A stretch of 64,000 bases of DNA, taken from an uncultured Holophagales bacterium (GTDB lineage Bacteria > Acidobacteriota > Thermoanaerobaculia > Multivoradales > UBA5704). The stretch spans positions 864,001 through 928,000 of the forward strand of contig CAWJGT010000003.1 in the NCBI GenBank assembly GCA_963842525.1. Reading direction: 5' to 3'. The translations under genes and the position numbers were made by a program. Shown here piece by piece: positions 21,673-31,443 of the stretch. Each line of letters begins with the position of its first letter. Position 1 is the first letter of the stretch. The notes under the pieces were generated by a model. It ran no database searches. It was not told the origin of the DNA and was given only the letters and a program-made list of their open reading frames with translations.

Positions 21673-23137
21673 TCAGTGAACTGGGGGAGGAGTCGTCCCC
21701 CGCCGCGTGCTCCGGGGGTAGGGCGGCTGCGGATCGGCATCCGGCTGCGGACCGGCGTCTGGCTGCGGAGCCTCGCTCAGCTCTTTCAGCTTCTTCAGCG
21801 CCGCCTCGACATTGAGCCTGCCGGTGATCGCCGGGAGCGCCCGATGTGAAGGGGGTGGCCGAGTCGATCAGCGCCGTGCGGATCGTCAGGTTGTTCGTGG
21901 ACAAGCCATTGGCAATCGCGTAGGACTTCAGCAGAGCACAGGCTCCGGCGACGAGCGCAGCCGCCGGGGAGGTACCGCTATTCACCATATAGGGGACGCG
22001 CTCGTCGATCCGGGTCGGGATGGTGGAGTACACCGCCGTGCCCGGCGCGCTGATATGGACCTTGCGAATGTGCCCCCACGCAGGTACCGGCTGGCCGTCC
22101 GCGTCGGTCCCGCCCACGGAGATCACGTTGTCGATATCGAAGGAGGCGGGATAATGCAGCGTCTTCCCCTCGTGGTTTCCGGCCGATGCCACGACCAGGA
22201 CACCCTTTCTTCGAGGGCGTAGCGGATCGCCTTTTCGACGTCGCTGGTCCCGAACTCCTCGCGGATGGGGCTTCCCCAGGCGCAGAGGATGACGTCGGCG
22301 CCCTTGTCAACGGCGAATCGTATCGCCTTGGCGGCCAGGCTGCTCGTGCCGACGCCGCGGTCGCTGAAGGCCCGGATCGGCATCAGCTTGCACTTGGGGC
22401 AGATGCCGGTGATGCCGATCCCATCGTCTCCCTCGGCGCCGACCAGGCCCTGCGCCATAAGTGCCGTGCCAGTGGCGGTCGTCCGGATCGAGTGCGCCGT
22501 CATAGAGGTCCGTGCCGACCAACTGCCCATCCTGGCGGAAGATGTTGTCGTCCAGGTCAGGATGCCGATAGTCGACGCCGGTATCGATCACCGCCACGAT
22601 CACCGCTTCGCCGCCTTCGTGAATCTTCCAGGCCTCTTGGGCCCGGATCAGCTTCAGAGTCTCTTCCTGGCGGTCGAAATCCTGGTCCGCGGGCTGCCCG
22701 GGGAACGGATTGACTTCGATCACGTAGTCGGGCTCGGCGATCGCATTGTTGGGGGCAAGTGCTTCGTGGAGACCCGAAAGCAGGGTCAGCATCTTGCCCG
22801 AGGCACTGATCTGGCGAAATTCGCTGGTGGCCGGAGCGGGCTCGACCCGGAAGCTGAAGCTTGCAGGTGAGCTCCGGATCTGGACGTCCGCCCCTCCGGC
22901 CTTTTCCACGTCCCTTCTCGCCTTGTCCAGCAGGCCTTGGTCGCCGGCGCTCACGAAAAAGTGATTGGCAACGGTCCAGATCTCTTCGTCCTCGTTGGCC
23001 ACTGTTGTGCCGACCTCGATCCAACGGGCGAGAAGCGGATAGTGGAAATCGGCCTCGAAGATCTCAACGTTCCAATTCTTGCCGCCGACAGAGACGACGA
23101 TCTTATCGGTACTGATTTTTCTCGCGGGGAAGCGCAT
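21673..23137 (-). CDS. S8 subtilisin-like serine protease (3 frameshifts)
   Basis: RBS GAAGGAGG; VAVIDTG, HWHGT, SAGN, SGTSPA, GRLNVEAAL spread over successive frames. Confidence 0.85.
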
Positions 23138-23150
23138 AGGATTTCCTCCT

Positions 23151-24183
23151 TCAAACGTGAGTGCCCGGAGGGCAGAGGACACTGTTGGGTGTATCGAGAT
23201 GGTCATGGACTTCCGGGAGCCTGAATGAATCCGTGCCGCTCCGTGTGGCGAGGAGGTCGAAATACATTCTGAGATGCAGGGGTCGTTCAGACTCATTGAT
23301 CTCGCGATCGGGGAGGTTGGTGATGCTCGCGCGGACCACGTTCTGATCTCTCCTTTCCCGCGAGTCGGCGCGGGCCGGACCGAGCTCCACGAGCCCATCC
23401 GGGAAGTTGATCCGGACGGGGACTTCGAGGTTCTTCATGCGCAGCACGCTCATGCCGGCGAGGGCCTTCGACTGGTTCTTGTCGAAGCGTCCGGCACTGT
23501 CCTTGAAGTCCCAGATCAGATATCTGCCGCTCAGGCCGCGTGCCACGCGCGAGCCCTCCAGAGTGCCGTGCTCCAAGATCGATGCGGACTGCCGGGACAT
23601 TTTCGAAACTGCGGAGCCCGCTACCCCCTGTCACGAGGCGGATGTTGAGGAGCCAGTCGAGCCAGACCTCGTCGGCTTCGGTGCGCGGCTCCCGGATGTC
23701 GAGAGCGTCGAGCTCCGGCGGGCGCCAGGTTCCTTCCAGGCTGCCCTTGCCCTTCGCCAGGCCGATCGTGATCGGTCCTTCCAACCGCCGCCTACCGATG
23801 GGCAGGCCGTCCGGCCCGGGTATGAGATCGTGATTCTTCTGGGAACGCACCGTGAGGTTGCGGACCGGATAGGTGAGGTAGGGAATGTGGGGCGTGTGAG
23901 CTGTGCTGGCGGGGCGTCTGCCTTAGGGGCTTCGGGGATGGCGGTCCTCGCTGCTGTTGCCCTGGCTAGCGTGCTTGTGCTCATGGCCCTTGCTGGCGTG
24001 GCTCGATCCATTGGTCTTGTGCATGTGGCTCTCACTGCCATGGGCTTGGTGAGCAGGCTCGGCATGGTTGTGACCGTTGCTGCTGACCAGCAGGGCGGTG
24101 AGCTTGTCCGGCTTCCGCTTGTCCTTCCCTTGGAGGACGAAAAGGCAGAGGCCTGTGAACGACAGCTCGAAATCGAACGGCAT
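23151..24183 (-). CDS. Hypothetical protein with His-rich insert and C-terminal CPP (interrupted at about 23925 and 23575)
   Basis: RBS GAAAGGAG; MPFDFELSFTGLCLFV...HNHAEPAHQAHGSESHMHK...HTPHIPYL...LCPPGTHV* assembled across frames. Confidence 0.7.
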
Positions 24184-24278
24184 GTAGGTCTCCTTTCCTC
24201 GGACTTGTTGTGAGGCGCCCCCACCGGGCGCCTTTCCAGGTTGGCTGCAGCTTTCGAGTAAAGGAGACGGACCCGGCG

Positions 24279-27200
24279 CTAGTTTTCCGGGCCAAAGACG
24301 CCGCCGAAGGCCTCGAAGCCGGCCCAGGCCGATGGGGAGCGGAGGCGCTCGTCGGAATGGCCCAGGAGCTCGCGTTGCGCCGCGCGCAAAGCAACGGCCG
24401 GATCGCCACCGCCGCGGAGGGAGCGATAAAAAGCGAGCATGAGCTGCCGGGTCGCCTCGTCCTCGACCCGCCATAGGCTGGACACCACGACCGGCGGCCC
24501 GGCGGCCAGAAAGGCGGCGGCCAGGCCGACCAGGCTCTCGCGGCTGGCTGCCGCGCCATCGAGAGTCCGGCACGCGGAGAGGACGACGAGCTCCGTCCCT
24601 TCGAGCCGATAGCTCGCGAGGTCACGGGCATACAGAATCCCGGGGTCCTCTCCCTCCGGAGCGAAGACCAGCCGGGAGAGCTTCCGGCGAGGTGGGGTGC
24701 AGAAGGGCGTGGCCGGCAAAGTGCACGATGCGGTGGCCCGGCGCACCGGCCAGAAAGGCCCTACGGGTCGCCTCCGTCCCACGGAGGACGTCCGACCGAG
24801 GCAGGAGGGTCGCCACATCCGAGGCCTCGGCGTCGGCGGCGGGGAGGCGCCGGAGCCGCGGATTGAGATTCTGGTCGAACGCGGGATCTCCGATGACAAA
24901 CGCATCCGCCGGCGTAGGCTCGAGCCGGGATTTCCGTTCCAGGGCGGCGAGATACAGCGTGGCGCTGGGTGCGAGGGCGACCGGATGGTCCTCGACCAGA
25001 TAGCGGCGCCGGCCGGGATCGAAGAGCGCGGCGAACGGAACATGGACGAGGGAGCGGTCCGGCACGAAGACCAGCGGGGAGCCCTCCGGCAACAGTCCTT
25101 CCAGCGGGCGGACCAGCCTGGCGTGGAGAGCCGCTGCAGCTTGTTGGATCTCGGGGATCGATGCCCGGCGCTCCACGGCTGAGCGCAGGGCGGAGATGGC
25201 GCGCTCGAGCTCTTTTTGCGGGACCTCGGTCTGCACAAGCTCGACGGAACCCCGGCGGCCGACCCAGGCGAGCAACCGGTCGGGGAGCACCAGGTACTCA
25301 ACCAAGGTAACCCCTTCCGGAAGCTCCGCGAGAATGCGATCGGCCGGCAGCGCCTCGGGCAGGCGTTGCCCTCCGCCAGCCGTCTGAGAGGGGAGCGGGG
25401 ACGCCATGAGATCGAGCAGCAGCCGGCTGCGGGAGCGCTCGGCGAACGTCAGGGCTGCCTCAACGTCGTGGTGGGAGTCCACCTGGAGGCGGATCATCTC
25501 GTCGAACACCGTCTGGACCTGCCCGAAAGCCGTGAGGCGCAGCCCTTTGTCCCGCACGGTTTCACGGATGCGCTCGTGCTCCTCGATGGCGCGCCGCAGG
25601 TCGGCCTCTTCCCGGGGGATGTCGCCCAGATTCCGGTAGGCGCGCGCTCGCACGGCCAACAAGCTTGGGGTCAGGTAGAGAAAGCCATTTTCAACCCCGG
25701 AGGCGACAGCGCGTCCGGCCAGACGAGCGGCTTCCTCCGGCTCCCTGTCCACAAGCAGGTCGGCTTCGAACAGATCGAAATTGGAGAGGACGCGCTGGCG
25801 GGCCCCTGCGGTCAGGATACTGGCGGAGTCCTGGCGGCCGGAGAAAATCTCTTCCAAAGCTTCCGGAACGCGCCCGAGCCCTGCGAGTGCCTGGCCGCGT
25901 TGCAGCCTTGCCTCGGCCATCTCCTCGGGCATTTTCAAGGTTTCTGCACTGGCCAGCAGCTCCTCGGCGAAAGCCAGGGCTGGCCCGAGCTGCCCCTGTC
26001 CGAGAAGGTCTCCGGCCGTTTGCGAGAGCGCCGCGATGATGTGGCGCCGGTCGCCGGACCGGCGGAGCGCGGCGAGACCTGCCAGCCGTGCCTCCCAGGC
26101 GCTCTCGGGCTGGCCGAGGTTCTGGAACGCTGTGGCCAACTGAATGAACGGAATGGCGGAGGCCTGCGGACCTGAGCTCCGCTCCAGCCGGGCGACAGCC
26201 GAACGCGACCAGGTGAGGCTCTCCTCCGGACGGTTGCGGACCGCTGCGATGGTGCCGAGCATCCAATCGGCGCGCCCTGCCAGAGCGGGATAGCGGGATG
26301 CGATCGCGGGACGCACCAGACGCAGAAAACGCGGGTACGCCGCCATCGGATCACTGTAATAGTCACAGATGCCGATGTAGAGCTCCGTCCACGAGGCGAA
26401 GGGGCTGCCGCCGGCCGCCAGCGCCTTGCCTGCCGCAACCAGCAGGGGGCGGGCTTCTTGGAAGTCTCGATCGTTGTACCGTTGCAGCGCTTGGCGGAAG
26501 AGCAGGTGTCCGCGCTGCAAAGCCGGCAGGCGGCCTTGAGCCTTGCCAGCCCGCTCGATCGCCGCGACAGCGTCGAAAATCATTGCATCACCGGCTCGGT
26601 CGTGAAGGGCGGTCCCGATCTGGCGCGCCGCGGAGATGGGATCGAGGCCCCCGGGAAGGGATCGATCCTCCGCCCAGGCTGTCAGCAGCTCCTCTTCGGC
26701 CCAGAGGCGGGCGTGGTCGGGCAGCGCCGAGACGATCTCCTCCACGGTGTGCGGATCGGTGCGCGCCAGAGCCGCCTGGAGGCGGGGCTGCTCCCGCTCC
26801 CAGACCTCTGCGAGCGTGGGCTTCTTCAACTCGTCGATGTGGCTCTGGGCGTCGGCGGACCAGGCGGAGTGCGAATCGGCCTGGCGATAGGCCTCCCAGG
26901 CTTCGATCGCCTGGCCGGTGAGCTGCAGGTGGGTGAGGGCCTCGGCGCGGTTGAAGAGGGCCTCGGGCAGGCCCGGCGCCGCCTCCAACGCCCGTTCGGC
27001 GGCACTCAGGGCGAGGACGAAATCGAAGGGTCGCTTTTCGCTCTGCCCACGGGAGAGGTAGGCGGCGGCCAGGTCGCTCAGCGTGGCGGCCGTCGCAGGC
27101 TGCTGGAGGGTCAACCCTTCCAGGGTGAGGATGCTCCTCTGGAATTCGCCAGCGGCGAGGCGGCGGACGCCCAGCCTGTGCAGCGAATCCGGGCTCGGCT

Positions 27201-27402
27201 CCCCCCGCTCCAGCTCCCGGGTGTCCTGACGGGGCTCCGCTCCGACAGCTGTCCCGGCGAGCCCGCTCTCGCTCAGCCGCAGATGACGGAATACCGGGTG
27301 CGAGGGGACGCCCGGCCGTTTTTCAGACGGCGCATCGCCGCATCCATGGAACAGGCTGAGGACGGCCAGGAGACCGCTGATCCATAAAATCCGACGGGCC
27401 AT
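24279..27402 (-). CDS. TPR + CHAT (caspase-like) protease with lipoprotein-like signal (frameshift near 24690)
   Basis: N-term LLAVLSLFHGC; TPR helices; LVFVPD, IVHFAGHA (His), LVVLSAC (Cys), SLWRVED, WAGF. Confidence 0.88.
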
Positions 27403-27435
27403 GACATCTCTACGAACAGGCAGAGGCTAAAGTTG

Positions 27436-27819
27436 TCACCCCTCCGCCAGCCGGAAGTGCGGATTCTCGATGATCCCGAAGAAGTTCCCGAACGGGTCCT
27501 GGACGATGGCGACCTTGATGCCGCCTCCGACTTCCCGGACGCCGCTGTGCTCGCGGGCGCCTTGCCCGATCAGGTGGGCAAAGGTGGCTTCCGCATCGGC
27601 CACGCCCCAGTAGGCCACGGACCCGCCAGGTCCGGGTTTTCCGTCCTCGGTGTCCGGGTCGAGCCCCAACTCGTAGCCGCCGACGTTGAAGCCGACGTAG
27701 AACGGCTCGTCGAAGTACGGCTGGATGCCGAGGGCCGAGCTGTACCAAGCCTTTGCCTTGTCCAGGTCGTCCACCTTGTAGATGACGGTGCGCAGGCCGA
27801 GGAACGGTGGTTTGTCCAT
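27436..27819 (-). CDS. VOC/glyoxalase family protein
   Basis: LRTVIYKVDDLDKAKAWY...VAYWGVAD...DPFGNFFGIIEN. Confidence 0.88.
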   Translation of the reverse strand: MDKPPFLGLRTVIYKVDDLDKAKAWYSSALGIQPYFDEPFYVGFNVGGYELGLDPDTEDGKPGPGGSVAYWGVADAEATFAHLIGQGAREHSGVREVGGGIKVAIVQDPFGNFFGIIENPHFRLAEG

Positions 27820-28082
27820 GGACGATCTCCCCTTGATCTGAGGTTCTCTGTGTCGTTGCTCACCGTATACCACAGGGGGCGCCATGAGGTAGTCAGCACC
27901 CCGCAACGTCCCGTGTCGAGATTGCCTCTGCGTGAGGACAGCGCTGGTCCGCATGGGCAGTCGGGGGAGGCCTCCTGATCCGCCCTCGGTGCGCCTCCGC
28001 AGCCGCTGGAAACCCGCGATCAGGACCGCGTGCCGCGCCGGCTCCGGCCATGTCGGGGCATGTGGGCTCGCGAGCCCCCGGC

Positions 28083-28340
28083 GCGGACCCACGGCCCCTG
28101 TTGTACGGACCTGGGTCCCGGTCACCGGGACCGAAAAAAGCGACCCGTTTTCGCGGTCCGTGCCACAGGGACCGCGGAACCGGTAGCGCGGACCACGGGT
28201 CCTGTTCGCGCGATGCGTGGTCCGCGTTCCACGGACCGTCGAACCGGACGCCGGTTCCGTGGTCCCTGGGCAGGACCCAAGGTCCGCGTGACGCGTTCCG
28301 CGGTCCCGGTCGCGCGGACCGCGGGTCCTGCAAGCCGTCG
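28083..28340. repeat. Degenerate GGWCC-rich repeat tract with 7/21-bp periodicity
   Basis: GGACC/GGTCC at 28085, 28107, 28114, 28128, 28155, 28169, 28190 and onward. Confidence 0.55.
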
Positions 28341-28381
28341 ACCTCCTGGGCTCGGACGTTTCGTCGTCCGTTCAGAACCAT

Positions 28382-28454
28382 CCAGCTAGATGGACCGGCT
28401 GTCTCTGAGTATGGTAGAAGCCCGAGGATGCTCATTTCCATGCCCTCGAACCTC
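28382..28454 (+). repeat. Imperfect direct repeat of the promoter/start region of the 29042 gene (other copy 28982-29056)
   Basis: CCAGCTAGA.GGACCGGCT.TCTCTG.GTATGGTAGAAGCC...CATGC..TCGAACCTC present in both copies. Confidence 0.85.
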
Positions 28455-28464
28455 TTTTCCCTGG

Positions 28465-28632
28465 CTGCTCAACGCGCGGCCGGAAATCGCCCGCCGCGCC
28501 AAGGCGGTGATCCACATGGACATGGTCGGGGGCAATCCCGAGATCACCAAGGCGATCTTCCACGTCACCCGGTCACCGAAGAGCCTCCCGACCTTCGTCA
28601 ACGACGTGGGCGAGGCCTTTGGCCGCTTCGTG
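28465..28632 (+). pseudogene. Internal fragment of an M28 peptidase allele (matches 32489-32656)
   Basis: LLNARPEIARRAKAVIHMDMVGG...FGRFV; 12 mismatches in 168 nt by hand count. Confidence 0.9.
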
Positions 28633-28649
28633 GACGGCGTCTCCGCCCT

Positions 28650-28843
28650 GGCCGATGTACCGCCGGCCGCGCGCGGCCAGCACGGCGCCGATCTCGCCCG
28701 TGCCGGCCCCCAGCTCGAGCACGATCTCTCCGGGGGCCGGAGAGGCGAGCGCCAGCAGGGCCTCCGCGACCGCTCCGACCGCATCGGCCGGCAGCCCGGC
28801 GCGGCGGTCGAAGCGATCGGCCTGAAGGTCGAAGCGGTCGCGG
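28650..28843 (-). pseudogene. N-terminal fragment of a class I SAM methyltransferase
   Basis: FDLQADRFDRRAGL...VLELGAGTGEIG (motif I), truncated at the M28 fragment. Confidence 0.7.
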
Positions 28844-29041
28844 CTACGCAGCTCAGTGATGGCCCTGATGCTCGCTCTTCGTTCCCGGGGCGTGTACGGT
28901 TTGCAGGCCGGGAGCGGCTTGACCGTTGGAGTCTGGTCGCAGTTGTCGGTCAAAAGGCGGCCCGAGTGTAGCACGGGGCCCCCAGCTAGACGGACCGGCT
29001 TTCTCTGGGTATGGTAGAAGCCAGGGAGGACGCTCATTCCC

Positions 29042-29898
29042 ATGCTATCGAACCTCCATCGCCAGGCGCTGGGTCGTCTGTCCAAGGACGAAACGACCGC
29101 TCTCGGGCGTTTTACAGCTTGGCTGGAGGGCGATTCCGAAGGGGTACAGATCCTGGAGAACCTCCGCGCCGAGGCTCATCTGGTCGGGGACGGAGCGTTT
29201 GGTCATGCTGGCGAGCTGTCGGCCTTCCTGCGGCGCTGCGCTGCCCGCTTTGGTGGTGGGGCCGGCCCTTCCGGTTCGCCTCGTGCCTATGAAGATGTGT
29301 GCGAGGAATTCACCGGCCGCGGGCTGCGCATCCCTCGGGAGCACCTGCCGGACGCTCTTCTGCGATACAGCACGAGCCGTGCGCTCTTGGGACGGCTTAT
29401 CGAGCAGTTGTTGGGAGACCAGGTGCTCGCGGACTTCCAGCAGGATCTGCTGCCTCCGGAAAAGGCATGCGAGCTGCTGGCTGCCGGCTGGGACTCCTCT
29501 GAGCTCCAGGATGTCATGCTGGGCATCAAGCCAAAGGTCTTCGCCACATTCGAGCACGACCAGCCGGCGCCACGGGATGACGCCACGACTCTGAGCCGGG
29601 CTCTGGCCCTTCTCTTCTGGGGGCGCGTCCGCACGAGAGAGGAAATCCTCTTCGAGTCTCTCATATCCGACGGACTCCGTGACCGACCCGCGGTTCCCGA
29701 CTGTGGCAGAGGCCGGTTGGAGCTCCCCTCTTTCAGCCGGCGCAGGAGCAGAGCCCGGATCTCGGGAACCCTCGCACATGCTGCGGATGGACCCGCCCTC
29801 TGGGGCCTCATCCCGCGCAGCCCGAAATTGTGCATGACAACGTTCCGGTTACAATCGTAGAGACCCCGCTGCGTTGGGTCGGAAGGGTTCCTTTGTGA
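29042..29898 (+). CDS. Hypothetical protein (two +1 frameshifts at about 29657 and 29727), coupled to the TIR gene
   Basis: Corrected C-terminus RFPTVAEAGWS.LFQPA...CGWTRPLG...PEIVHD...VPL* ends in a GTGA overlap with the next start. Confidence 0.65.
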
Positions 29899-31163
29899 GC
29901 GAGACCGTATTTCAGCCACTCGTCCGAGAAGACGCCAGCCTCGACCCCGCCAGCTTCGAGCGGATGGGGGAGAGCTGGATCGAGAGCTGGCTGCGGGAGC
30001 GCTTGAGTGGTAGAGACCCTCACTTCCGCATCGATGTTCGAGCGGGCGAGGATCCGGAAGCCTTCGTTGTCGGCCTGCTGAGACAGGCAGGTCCCGCCCA
30101 TCCGGCGGCGCTCGCCATCGGCCGCTCGGTGTTGCGCCTGCTCGACGAGGCGCGGCGTCTCGCACCTCAGACACCTCCCTGGCTCAGCCCGCTTCTGCAG
30201 CTCTGTCAACAGGTGCGACTCGATCTCACTTTCTCGTGGTTCCGCGAAGAGCTTCAGGCGATCGCCAGTGCCCCGGACGCCGCGCGCGAGCGATGGGGTG
30301 ACCTCCGGACGGTCCGAGACATCCTGCTTGCGGCCGTTCTCCAAGCTCCGGGCAGATCTCCCTCCCCGGCCATGGAAGCCTGGCTGGCGCTCCTGAAAGC
30401 TGCGGATTTCTCCTCGCTGGCACTCGCGGGGCTGGGATCTTCCTTCGAGCAGAAGCTTCTGTATCTCTCTGAGTGGTGGAATCATTGTCCGCCAGACCGG
30501 AGGGGGCGAGAGCTCAAGTACCTGATCTATCGGGCCCTCGATCAGGAGGAGCCCATTCATACTCTCCTGACCCAGGCTCCCCCTTTTCCTGCCGAATTGC
30601 GAGAAGCCATCGACCAGGAATTGCAAGCGCAGGGTGCTCAACCCTACTTCATAGGAACACCAGCATCTCCTCCTTCTGAGGCCTGTGCTCCTGCGGTGTC
30701 CAGGCGACGGCTCAAAAAAAGGGTGTTTATTAGCTATATCCACGAAGATCAGAGGTGGAAGGACAGGTTGGCCGCCCACCTTAAAGCACTGGAGAATGTT
30801 GGCGAGTTGGAGGTATGGGACGACCGCAAGATTCACGCCGGTGCATCTTGGCACGAAGAGATGATGAGTGTAATAGACGAAGCCGGAGTCGCCGTAATGC
30901 TTATCTCGGCCAACTATCTTAGTTCGGAGTTTGTCGCCAGAAATGAAATTCCGCATCTACTCCGGAGGCGTCGGGCAGGGAGCTTAAAGATCATTCCAGT
31001 TCTACTCGGCCCTTGTGCCTGGCGTAGGATTCCCTGGCTTGGAGCTATGGGGGTGCGACCACGAGATGGGAAGCCCCTAGCACAGCACAGATTTTTGGAA
31101 ACAGAAGAACTTTTCAGCGAGATCACCGAAGAGATTTTCGATCTTGCAAGCAAAGATTCTTGA
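29895..31163 (+). CDS. Helical N-terminal domain + C-terminal TIR domain protein
   Basis: RVFISYIHED...VWDDRKIHAG..W...LISANYLSSEF...NE; the TIR part has low GC. Confidence 0.82.
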   Translation: MSETVFQPLVREDASLDPASFERMGESWIESWLRERLSGRDPHFRIDVRAGEDPEAFVVGLLRQAGPAHPAALAIGRSVLRLLDEARRLAPQTPPWLSPLLQLCQQVRLDLTFSWFREELQAIASAPDAARERWGDLRTVRDILLAAVLQAPGRSPSPAMEAWLALLKAADFSSLALAGLGSSFEQKLLYLSEWWNHCPPDRRGRELKYLIYRALDQEEPIHTLLTQAPPFPAELREAIDQELQAQGAQPYFIGTPASPPSEACAPAVSRRRLKKRVFISYIHEDQRWKDRLAAHLKALENVGELEVWDDRKIHAGASWHEEMMSVIDEAGVAVMLISANYLSSEFVARNEIPHLLRRRRAGSLKIIPVLLGPCAWRRIPWLGAMGVRPRDGKPLAQHRFLETEELFSEITEEIFDLASKDS

Positions 31164-31219
31164 GACGATGCACACTCGACATCATGAGCCAACCTTCGAG
31201 TCTGCCTCTCGGAGCCATA

Positions 31220-31429
31220 ATGACCCAGGAGTTCATGCACTTGAACAAAGGCGTAATACTTATGAAGAAAACATCTGTGCTTCTTCCGAAGCATGCAGAT
31301 CGTGAATCGTTGACTCTGATCACGAGAGATGTCTTTCTCGAGCTGATCGAGAAGGCCCGCGCCGAGATCAAGGCCGGCAAGAAGCTCTCGCTGGCAGACA
31401 TGAAGCGAGAGGCCTCGCTGTGGGACTGA
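31220..31429 (+). CDS. Small antitoxin-like hypothetical protein
   Basis: Tail IEKARAEIKAGKKLSLADMKRE resembles small addiction-module antitoxins; no toxin adjacent. Confidence 0.35.
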   Translation: MTQEFMHLNKGVILMKKTSVLLPKHADRESLTLITRDVFLELIEKARAEIKAGKKLSLADMKREASLWD

Positions 31430-31443
31430 CCGGAACGCGCACG

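Noticed and set aside
21673-23137. S8 protease as the LanP leader peptidase of the RiPP locus
   Set aside because: It is 4 kb away on the opposite strand in the CHAT operon, and the double-Gly leader points to a different protease class. Not excluded, but unsupported.
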